From Camelus dromedarius (lineage: Eukaryota), in assembly GCF_036321535.1 (NCBI RefSeq), contig NC_087437.1, positions 17,796,001 through 17,860,000 on the forward strand: a stretch of 64,000 nucleotides of DNA, read 5' to 3'. Made by a program: the position numbers and the translations under genes. Each line of letters begins with the position of its first letter. Within the stretch, counting starts at the first letter, position 1. Shown in pieces: positions 36,170-48,150 of the stretch. The notes beneath the pieces were generated by a model that did no database searches, was not told where the DNA came from, and worked only from the letters and a program-made list of their open reading frames with translations.

Positions 36170-38255
36170 ATTGTTGTTTTATTTAGTCAATGCTGTTTAA
36201 ATTTGCCCAACTATTTACTATTTCCTTCAGACACCATTGTTTCTTGCATCACACACATTATTTCTGGGTTTAAGTTCCTTCTTCTTGAAATATATCCTTC
36301 GTTCATTCTTTCAGAGGGAGCCTGAGAGAGATCAATGCACTCCACTTTTGTTTATTCTACAGAATGTCTTCAATTTGCCCTCACTATTGAATAATTATCT
36401 GTGTATATTGTCATTGCTTTGAGATGATTATTTTCCTCTCTTCAGGTTCTCATTATTGTGAAATGCTCATGACAGTCTCCTGGTTATACTTCTTTAGGTA
36501 TTTTGTCTTTTCCCTTTTTGCTCTTACAGCTTTCCCTGTATGTACAGTGATAGGTAATTTCACTACCGTATATCTAGGTGGAGATTTCTTTGTGTTTATC
36601 ACAATATTTTTTCAATCAGAAGATGTCTTTCATAAATTCTGAACAATATTTCACCCTTCATCTTCCCATTAGGTTAAGATGCTGCCTCTTCCTATACTGA
36701 GTGTAATATTCTTCTTAGACAGTAATGAATCTACCTGTTGCATCCTGCAAGTATTTTAACCTCTTTCATTTTTGTCCCATTTCTTTTTGTCTCTAACTAT
36801 TGAATTCTGGATAATTTCCTCAGATCTACATTCTAGTTCTAATTTTCCCTTCAGCTATGTCTGATTTATGTTAAACATCCTATGGAGTTTCTGAAAGTTA
36901 TATTGGGTCCTCTTTCAAATTCATCTGACTTTTTTCATAGAAACTTGCTTTTTTTAAGACTTAGTCATCATTTCACATCTCTAATCATTTAAAACATACA
37001 TATTTTACATTATTTTTTGGATTGTTCTTTAAGATTCTTGGTGTCCTAATCATATTAATTGTTGTTTCTGCTGATTCTTATTCATGGTAGATTACTTCCT
37101 CATGTTCTTAATTGTTTAAAATTATAAGCTCATTTATTATTGGGTTATAATTAGTTAACTATTGGCAGACTAATCCTGCATAATTAACCATTTTAGAATT
37201 CAGTCTATAGGAGACTATCTGATAGTTATTGTTAAGCATTTATTTTTGTTCAGAGATCTGTGCGTCATCTGGAGTTTGGCAGATCTGAGCTGGGCTCTGG
37301 CTAGGTCTGGCTCTAAGCTTCAGGTGGGGTCAGGTGTGCTTCAGGCTCTAGCTATAGGCTGGGCTCATGTCTGCTCCACATCTGTTATTCTAAGACTCAC
37401 ACTGAAATGGCAGCAGGTACCTGAGAGATGGTTTCCTCATGGTGGTAGGAGAAGTGCCATCAGGCAAGACCAGCTGATCAAGTATATTTCAAGCCTTTGC
37501 CTAATTCATGTCCGTTAAGAATCCATTGTCCAAAGCAAGCCACATGGCCAAACCTGACGTCAATGAGGTGGAGAAATGTATTCCACCGCTAATAGAAGGA
37601 ATTGCAGAGTCACAATGTAAAGGGGGTAATAATAGGGAGGTGCAAAGAACTGAAAACAATAATGCAATCTACAACATGGTACCTTCTTTTTGCTGTGAGA
37701 AATCTACGTGGCCTGTGTGGTGGGAACTTTCTTCTAGAGTAGTTTTTCATTTGCTTTTTTCAAGATTCTTAAAGAACCAACTTCTATGTCAATTTCTAGG
37801 CTTAGTTCCAAGAAATTGTTGACTGCATAAATTCAAATCCCACAGCCACATAAGGTTAAGCCTATGCTTTGGAATTTTCATGTCCCTGACTCCCTACATG
37901 TAGAGAGAGAAAAATCTTCATCATCTTCCTGTGCCAGTGAGTGGATTATTGTCCCGATTTCCTTAGAATATAGCCCTTCATGGATCCTTAATTTATGAGG
38001 GGTTCTTAGGTCTAACTCTACATGACGCAGCACCAGAGCCTCATCTCATGTTCCCTTATTGGGCCAAACTCAACTTTCAAGATTCATAAGATCAACACTT
38101 CCTTCCCTCAACATAGGCAAACCCAACATAAATTCCCCCGCTAATCCTCATTTCAAGTTTCTTCTTGGTTTCTTGCACTGAGATATTTCTTTTTCTTTAC
38201 TGCAAACTCATCTGCACAATGAAGTGAATATTTTCTTGATGTTTGTCATGGGAAA
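36170..38255 (-). mobile_element. Ancient L1 5'/ORF1-region or HAL1-like fragment, interrupted by an LTR
   Basis: T-rich antisense text (gaatgtcttcaatttgccctcac, ttcactaccgtatatctaggtggagatttct, gaattctggataatttcctcagatctacattctagttc) typical of L1ME/HAL1. Confidence 0.6.
37140..37676 (-). mobile_element. MaLR LTR (MLT1H-K-like) nested in the old L1
   Basis: ctgagctgggctctggctagg...ggctcatgtctgctccacat...atatttcaagcctttgcc...ccattgtccaaagcaagccacatggccaaacctgacgtcaatg...aataatgcaatctacaaca. Confidence 0.75.
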
Positions 38256-38260
38256 GTTTT

Positions 38261-38929
38261 CCATGATTTTAAATTGCTACTGATTATAAGGCACACTATT
38301 ATTTTTTGTACTACCATGGGGATGTGATGATAATAATAACACTGCCAATTAAACTATAACACAAATTTATCTTATGGCTTAGAATTACTCTATGTTTAGA
38401 CTTATGTAGATATAGAATTTTATCAGTTGTCACTCATGTGCAAACATAAAAAGGAAAATGAGTTTTAAAAAATTAGTCAAGGTAGTCTTTAAAACCATTT
38501 TATACTCAGAGTCTGATGCTTCTAAGTCACCTTTTCACTTAGACTTATTGATACTTGTGTTTTTCTTCACATCATTATTTTCTTTTATTAAGAGAGTTGA
38601 TGCTGCAACAGTTTTTAGAGAGCACTTTATTCTACTTTTTAAAAAAATTCCAAGTTGCTGCTGTCCACTGTGAAAATTTTGAAACTGATGTTTCTTGATC
38701 TTACTGTCACGTGTTAAAGGAAGGTTTTCAGATGAAAACAGGGAATCATTTTCCTTCTCCAAATGGTCCTTAAACCATTTGCTGATTAAAATGTCAAGGG
38801 TTACAGTTATTCAGCTTTTATCAGGAATATCCACCAAGTGTCTAAATGTGCAGGCAACGAGAACACCATCATTTTCAGCCATCAATGATAGAATGTGAAA
38901 AATTGTCTCTTAGAAGCAATAAAATATGG
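38261..38929 (-). mobile_element. TcMar-Tc2 (Kanga-like, POGK-related) DNA transposon deletion derivative with transposase remnant
   Basis: Minus-strand translation LVDIPDKS*ITVTLDILISKWFKDHLEKENDSLFSSENLPLTRDSKIKK resembles the pogo/POGK DDE C-terminal region (..IPGG.T..LQPLDV..NKPFKD...W....NL.LTP.GKIKK). The ends ccatgattttaaattgct and agcaataaaatatgg form an imperfect TIR, with TA at the right end. Confidence 0.75.
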
Positions 38930-41319
38930 TAATGTGTATTTTTGCTGTAACTAAAAATCAGTACCACTTTTTAATGAAACCAAAATAAACAAACAAAAAA
39001 TAAGGGCTGCTCAAGCAACATGCACATATATCCACAAACAAATGTGAAATTATATACCTCTGATAATCATAGCTGACATTTGTCTGGTACTTACTCTTGC
39101 TAGATACCATGCTAAGCATTTTAGGTATATTATCTTGCTCAATCCTGACACAGTCCTACTTAACACACAATCCTATGCAAATCCACATTTAACCCTCATA
39201 CAATCAAATTTGAACCCACTACCACTTGCAAGTATAATGAAAATGTAGCATCCATCTCTCTCTAATTGATCTACTTTATGATCTCTCATCCAGCTGAGTA
39301 GGATGATGAGTGGAGAGATGGATGGGTGGAGAGAAATTCAATTTGCCAGTTATCAGTATCTCCATCTCTTACACTTTGGAGGGACTCAAATATCAGTGGT
39401 TGAATGAATGTTGACAAGATATAATAATAGTGCAAGTAGCTATAATAAGATGAGTGCATGGTAACATACAAGACACTGTGCTAGGTGCCTAGATATATGA
39501 ATATTTTCATCTTCAAGTCTCTTAACAAAGAGCTTGCAAAGTAGGCATTTTAAAGAACAAGAAATTGAGCCTCAAAGAGGCTAAGGAACATGACCAAGTT
39601 CACACAAACAGTAAGGCACATTTAAGTTTATCTGGGGCTTCTGCATTTTCCAGGTTAGACTGTGAGTCACCGAGTCTGAGTTCTCAGGCATCTCTAAGAA
39701 CATTCTAGGGACAAATGAGGGTGTTCTTCCTGAGTCATCACTGGAGTCTTCACGCATCACTCAAGTATTTTAATGATTTGGCATAATTTCCATTTCTCTT
39801 CTTAAATATCTGACTCAATCTGCCTACCATAACCTAACCTGTAATTGAATTAGCTCCTAATAAAATGACAGATGTTTTGAATCTGTCTTCAATAGAACTT
39901 CAGAAATTATCTCTCCCCAATTTTTCTGGGTCAAACAACATTTTGTGTCAGGTGATTAGTGAGAAATTCTGATGTTATTCATTCTACTCTCTGTGTATCT
40001 CTCAGAAAAGGGAGAAATGGAATACACACAGCTGTGCTGTAGAAACACATGTTAGCTTAGGTTTATAAGGTGATAGTAACAGATCTTCAAGGCCCAGATC
40101 AAATCCTTCCACTTCCAAGAAACTCAGATTCCTTTATTTCTCCTTCTGTCAAACTCCCATAGCATTTTGCTTGTAGTTCAGTACTTATCATAGTCTACTT
40201 TCTATTTTAATACATATCCCTTCCCCCCTAAGTAGTGAGTGTGGAGACCCCCTCTTACCATTCTTTGGGTTCCTCATGGCACTCAGCACCATTCTTTGTA
40301 TATGGAATTTGTTCACAAATATTTGTTGAAGTGATCCAAATATGTTTATGTTTAATATTGGACTTGTACTTATATTCCAATTTTTATCTCAATCTGATTA
40401 TTACAGTTTGCTTTTTCATGACATTCGATTCTTTCAGTTTCTTTCTTTCTTTCCTTTTTTGTTTGAACAATACACACACGATTAAGACAAATCTCAGAGC
40501 TTGGCATCTTTCCAAATATACCAATAGTTGCCTTGCTCTTTTAGCTGCATTGAATTCAATTAACCTAACCCCCTGCAAAGCCCAATGGTGAGTGATGAAC
40601 AGAATGTGGTGAAGTCATGGAGATTATTTGACTTACCAATGCTACAAATGGTGAACCCAACCCATGGTGAACTTTCTCTTATTTGCTGTGATTTCTGGAA
40701 ATTTCTTACCTTATTAGCTCTCGGCATAATGTGCCATGTAGTAGGCACTCAGTTACATTTAATGAATGGAGCTGAATTGCTCTTAGTTCCTGGCCCCATT
40801 TACCAGACTCCAAATGAATGTATTAGGAAGCCCTACGACAAAGGATTAATCACTCAACAAATAGCCAAAGAGGACTCCTAATCTGTGACCAACCCCACAC
40901 CAAATGTAGAGTTTGAGAAGTCTTCTTTAAAACCACAAATTAAACATATTGGCATGGTTCTGTTCTGCTACAACTTAAATCCATTTTTCCATATATTATG
41001 AGATTTCTTCTATATCTAAATGATGCCCACTTTAAAATCAAACAAACAAAGAACAATTAGGCAACTGAAAAGATTCTTGGTATTTATTTGGTTTCCAAAT
41101 AATTAATGAAATTGCTTTTTGAAAAAACTTCAACTGATATATTTGGGAATGATTACGGCCAGTGACTTGGGTAGATTTGGTTATGACTTATTAAAGTGCC
41201 TGCAAGTGTCTAGATGTCCCCATCAAGAAATGAAGTAAATGCACACCTGAAGAATTCAGTCACTTCTGATACAATTTTTGTCACTAACATATACTCTGTG
41301 AAGCTCCTACCTGGCTGCT

Positions 41320-41452
41320 GACTTCACATGTTTGAAGAGTTTTTATGGGCAGTATTAGACTTGTCTGTGTAGACCAAGGGCTAAAACTAGAACCAAATGG
41401 TAAAAGTTACAGAGACACAGTTTTTAGTTTAATATTTGACAAGATTTTTAAT
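41320..41452 (+). mobile_element. L3/CR1 fragment
   Basis: cttcacatgtttgaagag...attagacttgtctgtgtagaccaagggctaaaactagaaccaaatggtaaaagttacagagacacagtttttagtttaatat resembles L3 consensus. Confidence 0.65.
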
Positions 41453-41939
41453 TATTATAAATTACATAATTACAAAAATTTAATTATGCTCATAGACATC
41501 TTTCTAATAGTAAATGTAGGGGTTTTAATAGATAAATAATATGAAAAAAATCACTCATAATCTCATCAACCAGAAATAATCAGTTACTTTGGTGACCGTC
41601 ATAAATGTACTATTTTTAAAAAGAATTTTCTTTCATCAGAACAACACTGAAATGGATTGAGCTCTGTGGGAAGTTGGGGTACCCCACCTTTCAAGCTGTG
41701 CAAGCAGCAGCTGACCTATCTGCCAAGGAAAACTGGACATATGAGCCCTTCTAAACCTATGGGCTTTGGACCCCTGGGGGCCCACACAGTGACTGTGAGG
41801 GTTCTTCAGATCCATATATACATGTGTATATATATATTTTTTTCCACTTACCAGTTTTATTAGTACTTTCAGATGGATATCCTCTCCTTTTACGGACTTT
41901 TTTGTACTAATAAATCTTTTTAAAAATTTATTTAAAAAA

Positions 41940-42392
41940 TTTTTAAATTGAAGTATAGTTGATTTACAAAGTTGTGTTAGTTTCAGCAAAGTGATTCAGT
42001 TATACATGTACATATATATATTCTTTTTCATATTCTTTTTCATTATAAGTTATTATAATTATTGACTACAGTTTCCTGTGGTATACAGTAGGTCCTTGTT
42101 GTTTATCTAGTTTATATATAGTAGTGTGTATAGGTTAATTCCAAACTCATAATTTATCTCTCCCCCAGGCCCCTTTCCCCTTTGGTAATCATAGTTTGTT
42201 TTCTATCTCTGTGAGTCTATTTCTGGCTTGTAAATAAGCTCATTTGCATCTTTTGGGGGGGGATTCCACATGTAAGTGATATCATATGATATTTGTATTT
42301 CTCTGACTTCATATGATAATCTCTAGGTCCATCCATGTTGCTGCAAATGGCATTATTTCATTATTTTTATGGTTGAATAACATTCCATTGTG
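41940..42392 (-). mobile_element. 5'-truncated L1 3' end (cetartiodactyl type) followed by (TA)n (~42411-42436)
   Basis: ttttaaattgaagtatagttgatttacaa...gattccacatgtaagtgatatcatatg...ctctaggtccatccatgttgctgcaaatggcattatttc. Confidence 0.9.
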
Positions 42393-42402
42393 TGTATATA
42401 TA

Positions 42403-42437
<35 letters not shown>

Positions 42438-42489
42438 TTGTATATGCATATACTTTTATTCATATACATATGTGTAATTATACACTTCT

Positions 42490-42650
42490 TTTTTCAGCTT
42501 TACTAAGGTATAATTGATGAATATAAAATAGCGAGATATTTAAAGTGTACACTGTGATGGTTTGATACAGTTTCCCAGATAAAGGATTCCTTCCATCTAG
42601 TTAATTAACCCATCCATCACTTCACATATTTTTTATTTTTGGTGAGAGCC
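42490..42650 (-). mobile_element. L1MA9/10-like 3' terminal fragment
   Basis: cagctttactaaggtataattgatgaatataaaatagcgagatatttaaagtgtacactgtgatggtttgatac...ttaattaacccatccatcacttcacata. Confidence 0.75.
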
Positions 42651-42834
42651 ATATATATTTTTATTTGCTCTTTCAAAGTATGTTACAAGTGTTACTAACA
42701 TGTAAAAATAAGCTTCATATTGGAAAATTTAGGAAGTAGAAAACTAGAAAATCTTTAAAGGCTCTTCCTCCCTGTAGGTTTAGAGGAGGGCCCTTCCTCC
42801 CTGAAGGCTTAGGAGAGAGGGGGTTCTTTCTTCC

Positions 42835-43920
42835 TGGCGCGATGCTCATCAGCATAAGAGGTCTACACATTGCGCCCTGAAATGAACCAGCACTCGCCCA
42901 CAAATAGCCCTTTGACTAGGCGCTATACTTTGTATTGATTTTATCGATGAGGACTGAGATTTAGGGAGATGACGTAATTTACATGCCCGATTCCAAGGGT
43001 TCCGGGGAAGAGGGAGGAAGGTATCCTCTGTTCCTCCCACAACTGGGCAGACTCCACCTCTAACTCTGAAAGAAAAAGTGCGACAGAGGAGTGGCGCTGG
43101 GATAGCGCACGTGATCCGGTGTCCGGCTGTCCCCAGAGTCCGCGGTGACCGGCCCCGCAGCCTGCCCTCCGGGGCGCGCTCTGGGGCTCCCGGGAACCCT
43201 GGACAGCGCCTGGGCTTCCCTGGAGCGAGACAGGAGCTTCATCCCCAGCCCTCTTTCCCCCAGGCTCTTCCTTCCACCTTCCCAGAAACATCGCGCAATG
43301 AGAGAGACCTCAGGCGGTCTCCAGTCCTTCCTAAGGCTGAGCGTCTTCTTAGCCCCTCAGAGCCTCAGAGCTTTCCAGGCCCGGCGCCCACGGGCCTGGC
43401 AGTTCCGTGCTGTGTGTGAGCCCGCCGCATTTTCCGGCTCACATCACGGCAGAGAGCAGACGGAACTGGGAATGGTTATTGGCCAAGAGCTGCAGGCAAA
43501 CGGCTAATCCAGTCCTGGAAGAGGGCACTGGTAGTTAAGCCCTTTAATGGCCTCAGTCCTATGATAATTAGTCCTGGCCTGGAGCTAGCGAACGGCGAGC
43601 CCCTCTAACCTGAAACGGAGCCTCCTCCAATGCTTCGCGCTAATCCCTTGCACAATGAAAGCCGAACTAATTCACTGGGTAAACACCCTCTCCAGTTACT
43701 TACAAGCTGTCTTATTTCAACCCCAAACCAAATAGAAAGGCGGCCAGTGACTGGAGAGAAAATCAAATATTTAAGAACTCCTTTTTGCCAGGACCCACCC
43801 CTGCTCTCTGCCCGGATTTTTGCCTATCGCGCTGGGGATCGCTTTCTGCTGCGGCTTGACAGGCGGCTACTTTGCAATGGAAACAACCGCTACTCCAGAG
43901 GGATTTCCCCAGCGTCGTCT
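42835..43920. promoter_or_regulatory. CpG-island-like element (candidate promoter/enhancer)
   Basis: The only ~1-kb stretch of the window with retained CpG density (e.g. gtccgcggtgaccggccccgcagcctgccctccggggcgcgct). Motifs: TGACGTAA 42970, CACGTG 43108, GGACAGCGCC 43201, CGGAAC 43461, ATTGG 43478. Confidence 0.7.
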
Positions 43921-44041
43921 TTTTCTGGTCTCCTGCTAGCTAAACCAAATCATGGCCTGTGAGACTGGGGCCAGGCACATAGTGGGTGCTTAATGGAAAG
44001 CCAATTTCTGCCTTTACCACAGAATGCAGTTTAGTCTAGAC

Positions 44042-44184
44042 CAGTGGTCCTCAAACTCCAGTATGCAACAGAATCACCTGGAAGGTTATTACAACTCAAA
44101 TTGCTGGGCTCAACATCCACAGTCTGATTCAGTAGATGAGGTCAAATAATTTAAATTTCTAACAAGTTCCCCAGAGGACCATTA
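44042..44184 (+). mobile_element. MER5A/MER5A1-like MITE (internally deleted)
   Basis: cagtggtcctcaaactccagtatgcaacagaatcacctggaagg...attgctgggctc...tctgattcagtag...atttctaacaagttccc. Confidence 0.8.
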
Positions 44185-44192
44185 GTCTAGAA

Positions 44193-44486
44193 CAGGGGTT
44201 AATAAATTTTTACATAAAGGGCCAGATAGTGAATATTTTGTGCTTTGTGGGCCGTAAGATTTGTCTGGATTACTCAATCTGGTACCATAGTGCTACAGAC
44301 AATATTTAAACAAATGAGCATGGCACCAACATGTGAGTAGCATGTAATTTTCACAGGCTGTGAAATAGTCTAATTTAGACTTTTTGGCAAACCTTTAAAA
44401 GTGTAAATCCATCCTTAGCTTGCATGCCATATAAAAACAGGTGGCAGGCCAGATTGGGCTCTCGGAACATTGTTTGCTGACCCATG
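44193..44486. mobile_element. MER58B-like MITE, opposite orientation to the 18063 copy
   Basis: caggggttaataaatttttacataaagggccagatagtgaatatttt...aaaaacaggtggcaggccagatt...gtttgctgacccatg. Confidence 0.85.
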
Positions 44487-44566
44487 TCTTAGAATCATTA
44501 TGGTTACAGTCTAGTAAGTGATCATGGCAGAGACAATGACTCAGAGCCTGAAAACAGAAGAGACTG

Positions 44567-44870
44567 CACTATGGATTAAATTGTGACCCTCACCCCTACC
44601 CCCAGTTCACTTATTGAAGCCCTATATGTGACCATATTTGGAGAAGGCAATTAAGGTTGCATGCCGTCAGAAGGGTGGAGTCCTAGTCTGATAGGATTGA
44701 CAGGGGAAGAGGCTGAGGAAAGGCTACATGGACTCACAGTAAGCCAGGAAGAGGGTTCTCATCAGAACCTGACAATGATGGCCCCTCGATTTCAGACTTC
44801 CAGAAAAAAAATTTCTATTATTTAGGGCACCCATTCTACAGTATTTTGTTATGGCAGTCTGAGCTAAATA
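44567..44870 (+). mobile_element. MLT1A-like MaLR LTR
   Basis: ctatggattaaattgtgaccc...gtgaccatatttggaga...aagccaggaagagggttctcatcagaacctgac...cagacttccag...tattttgttatggcagtctgagctaaata. Confidence 0.85.
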
Positions 44871-46029
44871 TAGATGGAGATCATTTCATTTCGGAAAAAT
44901 TCTTCTATACTCATAAACCTGATTTCTCATCTCTTTATAAACCTGCTTCACAAGTATTTGGGAGTGGTCTCCTGTATGCCAGGCACTGTTCTAGGCATTG
45001 GACATGTAGAGGGGAAGAAAAACTGGATCTGCTCCTGCTCCCCTGAATTTTACAGGCGGGACAGTGGGTACTGGCTCTGCACAGAGCTCAGAGGGGATAA
45101 TCTGCACATTTTCAGGCCAGGCAGCAGTTTTTCTGAGGACACAGAGCTTCCTGAGTTAATCAGCTAACTACATTTATAAAACACACACCGCGTGCACAGC
45201 CCTATTCTAAGCCTGGTGGAGGGACATTAAGGAAAACAAATTTGTTCCTGGGCATGAATACCAGTAATTGTATTCTCTCAGGGCCAAGCACCTTGCCTTT
45301 AAGAAACAGGCAAAAGCAACATCTTAAACTTTCGGTAGAGGGTGACGTTATTATAAGAAAGAAGATTCTTCATTCAGGAAGCCAAGATGAAAGCTCTATC
45401 TCACTTCCTAGAGGAGGATATAAGAATTGTTCTCCTTTGAAAAGTGAGAAGATTCAACATATCTATATATCTGTGCTTGAGGGAAGTAGGGACTTCTTAA
45501 ATGCTGACCATGGTTATTCTGTTTTAATCTGGAAAATCAGAAGAGAAGCACTGAAACATTAATCAGATGTTTATCTTTCACAAATTCAGCAAAAGGGAAA
45601 GCCATGTTTTGGAAACCACCATCAGCACACAAGAGTTACTGTCTTCAAGAACAAGCTATTTGCACAAAAAGAATCCATCCTTGCCAAAGATGTTTTCTAT
45701 GGTGGCTTTTGCAGATCTTTGGGATTAAGTTGCAATTGTTAAGCTTTGTATGGACCTGCTGTTAATCTGATTTGGGGTTCCTTGAGTGTAGGAATAAGGT
45801 GCATAGTCTCCTGGACACAGATGTGGTCCCAGTGCATAGTCACACATCAGTTGATATTTACTAAGCTCCACCAGGCCAACTCATCTCCATCCTAGATGTG
45901 GATTGCCTAGAGGTAAATGAGACAGACATCTGCCCGTCAGTGGTTTACAGGCTAATGCTTGAGACAAGCAGGCAGACCAACATGGGTGGGTGTCATTGGC
46001 AAAGCATCAACCTGGAATTGATACATGTT

Positions 46030-46285
46030 CATCGCAGCGTGCGGGGAATCAGAACAGACATAAGTTTTAAGTTAGGCCAAACTTGGTTTGAATCCTGGCT
46101 AATTCCTAGCTCTGTGAGCCGGTGGTGCTAATTATTTAACCTCTCTGAGCCCTGGTTCCCTCCTCTGTCAGCTGGCAGGGCACTGTCCAAAGTCACAGGG
46201 TTGTTATAAGGATTAAATGATAGACTGTAACCAGTGTGTCTAGCACACTGCCTGGAACTTTCTGGAAGCCCAATAAATGTTTATT
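46030..46285 (+). mobile_element. Near full-length MIR
   Basis: ttggtttgaatcctggct...atttaacctctctgagccctggttccctcctctgt...gggttgttataaggattaaatga...tagcacactgcctgg...caataaatgttt. Confidence 0.85.
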
Positions 46286-46726
46286 CTGTCTCTTTCAAAT
46301 AAGTGCTAAAGCTATTTGTGTACAGTGCTTGTTTTGTGTGAGGTCTATGTGATTGCCTTCAGTTGTTCAGAAATGCAAGCTTATTGTGGGCTATGGCGTG
46401 GGGAACTGGGGTATTTCCTGCAGGGCTCTCAAGAACGTGGCTTTATGTTCAGTCTTTGCTTGACTTTTCAGAAAGCTGTGCTCTGGGATGTGGCCCTACG
46501 TGAGTCCAGCCGAGATGAAGGGGCACTGCTCCAAGCCAGGGAGGGGCTGAATCAGGAGGTGGTAGGTCTCCCTTGTCAAGTGGTCAGAGAGTCAGGAAGT
46601 CTGCAGTGACTTCTATCGCTCAGTTCTCTGACACCAGTTGGGCATCTGATGGGTGTGGGTGACCCTGGGTCCACGGGATCGGGGAAAAGAGTAGGAGAGG
46701 GCAACAGTCCCATCAATAATTAGAGG

Positions 46727-46759
46727 CTGCAATGCCACTTATTGCCAGTAGGGGGCTCT
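46727..46759 (+). promoter_or_regulatory. Candidate CTCF site (core + upstream U motif)
   Basis: ctgcaatgcc-acttat-tgccagtagggggctct. The core CCAGTAGGGGGCTC matches CCASYAGRKGGCRS at 13/14, and a TGCARTRCC-like upstream module sits at the canonical spacing. Confidence 0.75.
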
Positions 46760-47984
46760 TCTTTTTGAGATTCTTTGTTTTTGAGACTGTTTAAACACCC
46801 ACCTAAGTCCATAAGGCTGGGGTCTTGAGCCCTGGGGCCTTGGGCTAGGCTGAGGGCACCTGTCGCTAGCTGTGGGCATAGAGTCAATGGTCATCTGACA
46901 GACTGTGTCTGGAATGAAACTGAAAATAAAAACCGAACACATGATCCCCCCACTGGGAAGAGCTAAGCTAGAGGGGAGGGGGCAGGCAGAGGGCGTTTGA
47001 GGGCAGCCCTCACCCCTGGGAGAGGAAGAGCTGTGATGGGCACTGAGCTGGACACACCCTTAGCCCCGTGTTCTCTGACTGGTAAACTGCCAGGATGGAT
47101 TTAAACAGGAAGGAATCGCCATTCCACTTCCGGCCTCTCTTCTCAGCTGTGGGACCCTGCATTCTTGGGGCTGAGTCTGGGGTTGTGATGCTTTTCCTGT
47201 AGCTATAGCTGGCCTGACAATGTTGACAGAACCAGCCCTCTTTTGGGATTCTCACCCTCTTAGCCTCCAAGAGCAGCATCCTGAGGGCTCCCATGATCGA
47301 GCAGCTACTGCTGAGACTCCCCTCCTTCACTGGGGTCGTGAGGTTCCAAACTCAGGGCCTGCTGTTAGAAACTTCACACATTTGAAGACTTGAACACACT
47401 GAACATTTGTTGAAGAAACAGCCTATCAGGCTGCAAAGAGCTTTTCCTTCTGATCATAGGTTTTTACCTTCATGTCATGACTCTCAAGTTGTTTTGGGGC
47501 CAGTTTCATCAGAAAGGCAGTTGAGGGAGGTGGTGGAGGCTTTCCCAAATTGCTGATTTTCTACATCTTCAATAAAGAGCTAGATTCTTAAGTCAGAGGG
47601 GCAGGAAAAATTGCGGGGGGGGGGTGGTCTATACTACTGAACCCTTAGTGAGTGACGTTAGGGTAGAAAGGGAACACTGAGGTCACAGCAGGTAGATCTT
47701 GGCAGTAACGAGGGAAACCTGAAAACTGTGGTTACCAATGGACACAGGACTGTCACCCCTGCCTTGGGAATCTATACTCCTCATGATCCAATAGCTCAGA
47801 TGAGAGGTGATTTAAGATGAGTCTTCTAAATTTTGGCCACATTGATGAGCTTTTCCATGTGTCCCCAGATTCCACAGGAGTCCAAGGGAGTCAGGGTCAG
47901 TGTAAAGGGAAAGCGTAGTAGGGGTTGCTGAACATACTCCCTCTGCAAGTCCCTATAGGTTGGTCCCTAAACTCTACTGATGCC

Positions 47985-48150
47985 CAAGTTTAGACACGCG
48001 ACTCATAACCTCCCGGAGTCTCAGTTTCCTCCTCTGTGAGGGAGACGGAGCTAATGAGACTGACCTGCGTTTTAGGATTGTGCTGGGGACTAAGATAATG
48101 GCTGGAAAGGAGTCTTGTAAAGTATTACACACATGCAAGGTATTATACTT
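47985..48150 (+). mobile_element. MIR fragment
   Basis: taacctcccggagtctcagtttcctcctctgtga...ggattgtgctggggactaagataatg. Confidence 0.7.

Noticed and set aside
42941..43962. Several overlapping 110-120 aa ORFs on both strands in the CpG island
   Set aside because: Pro/Arg/Gly/Ala-rich with no recognisable domain; expected from stop-codon scarcity in GC-rich DNA.
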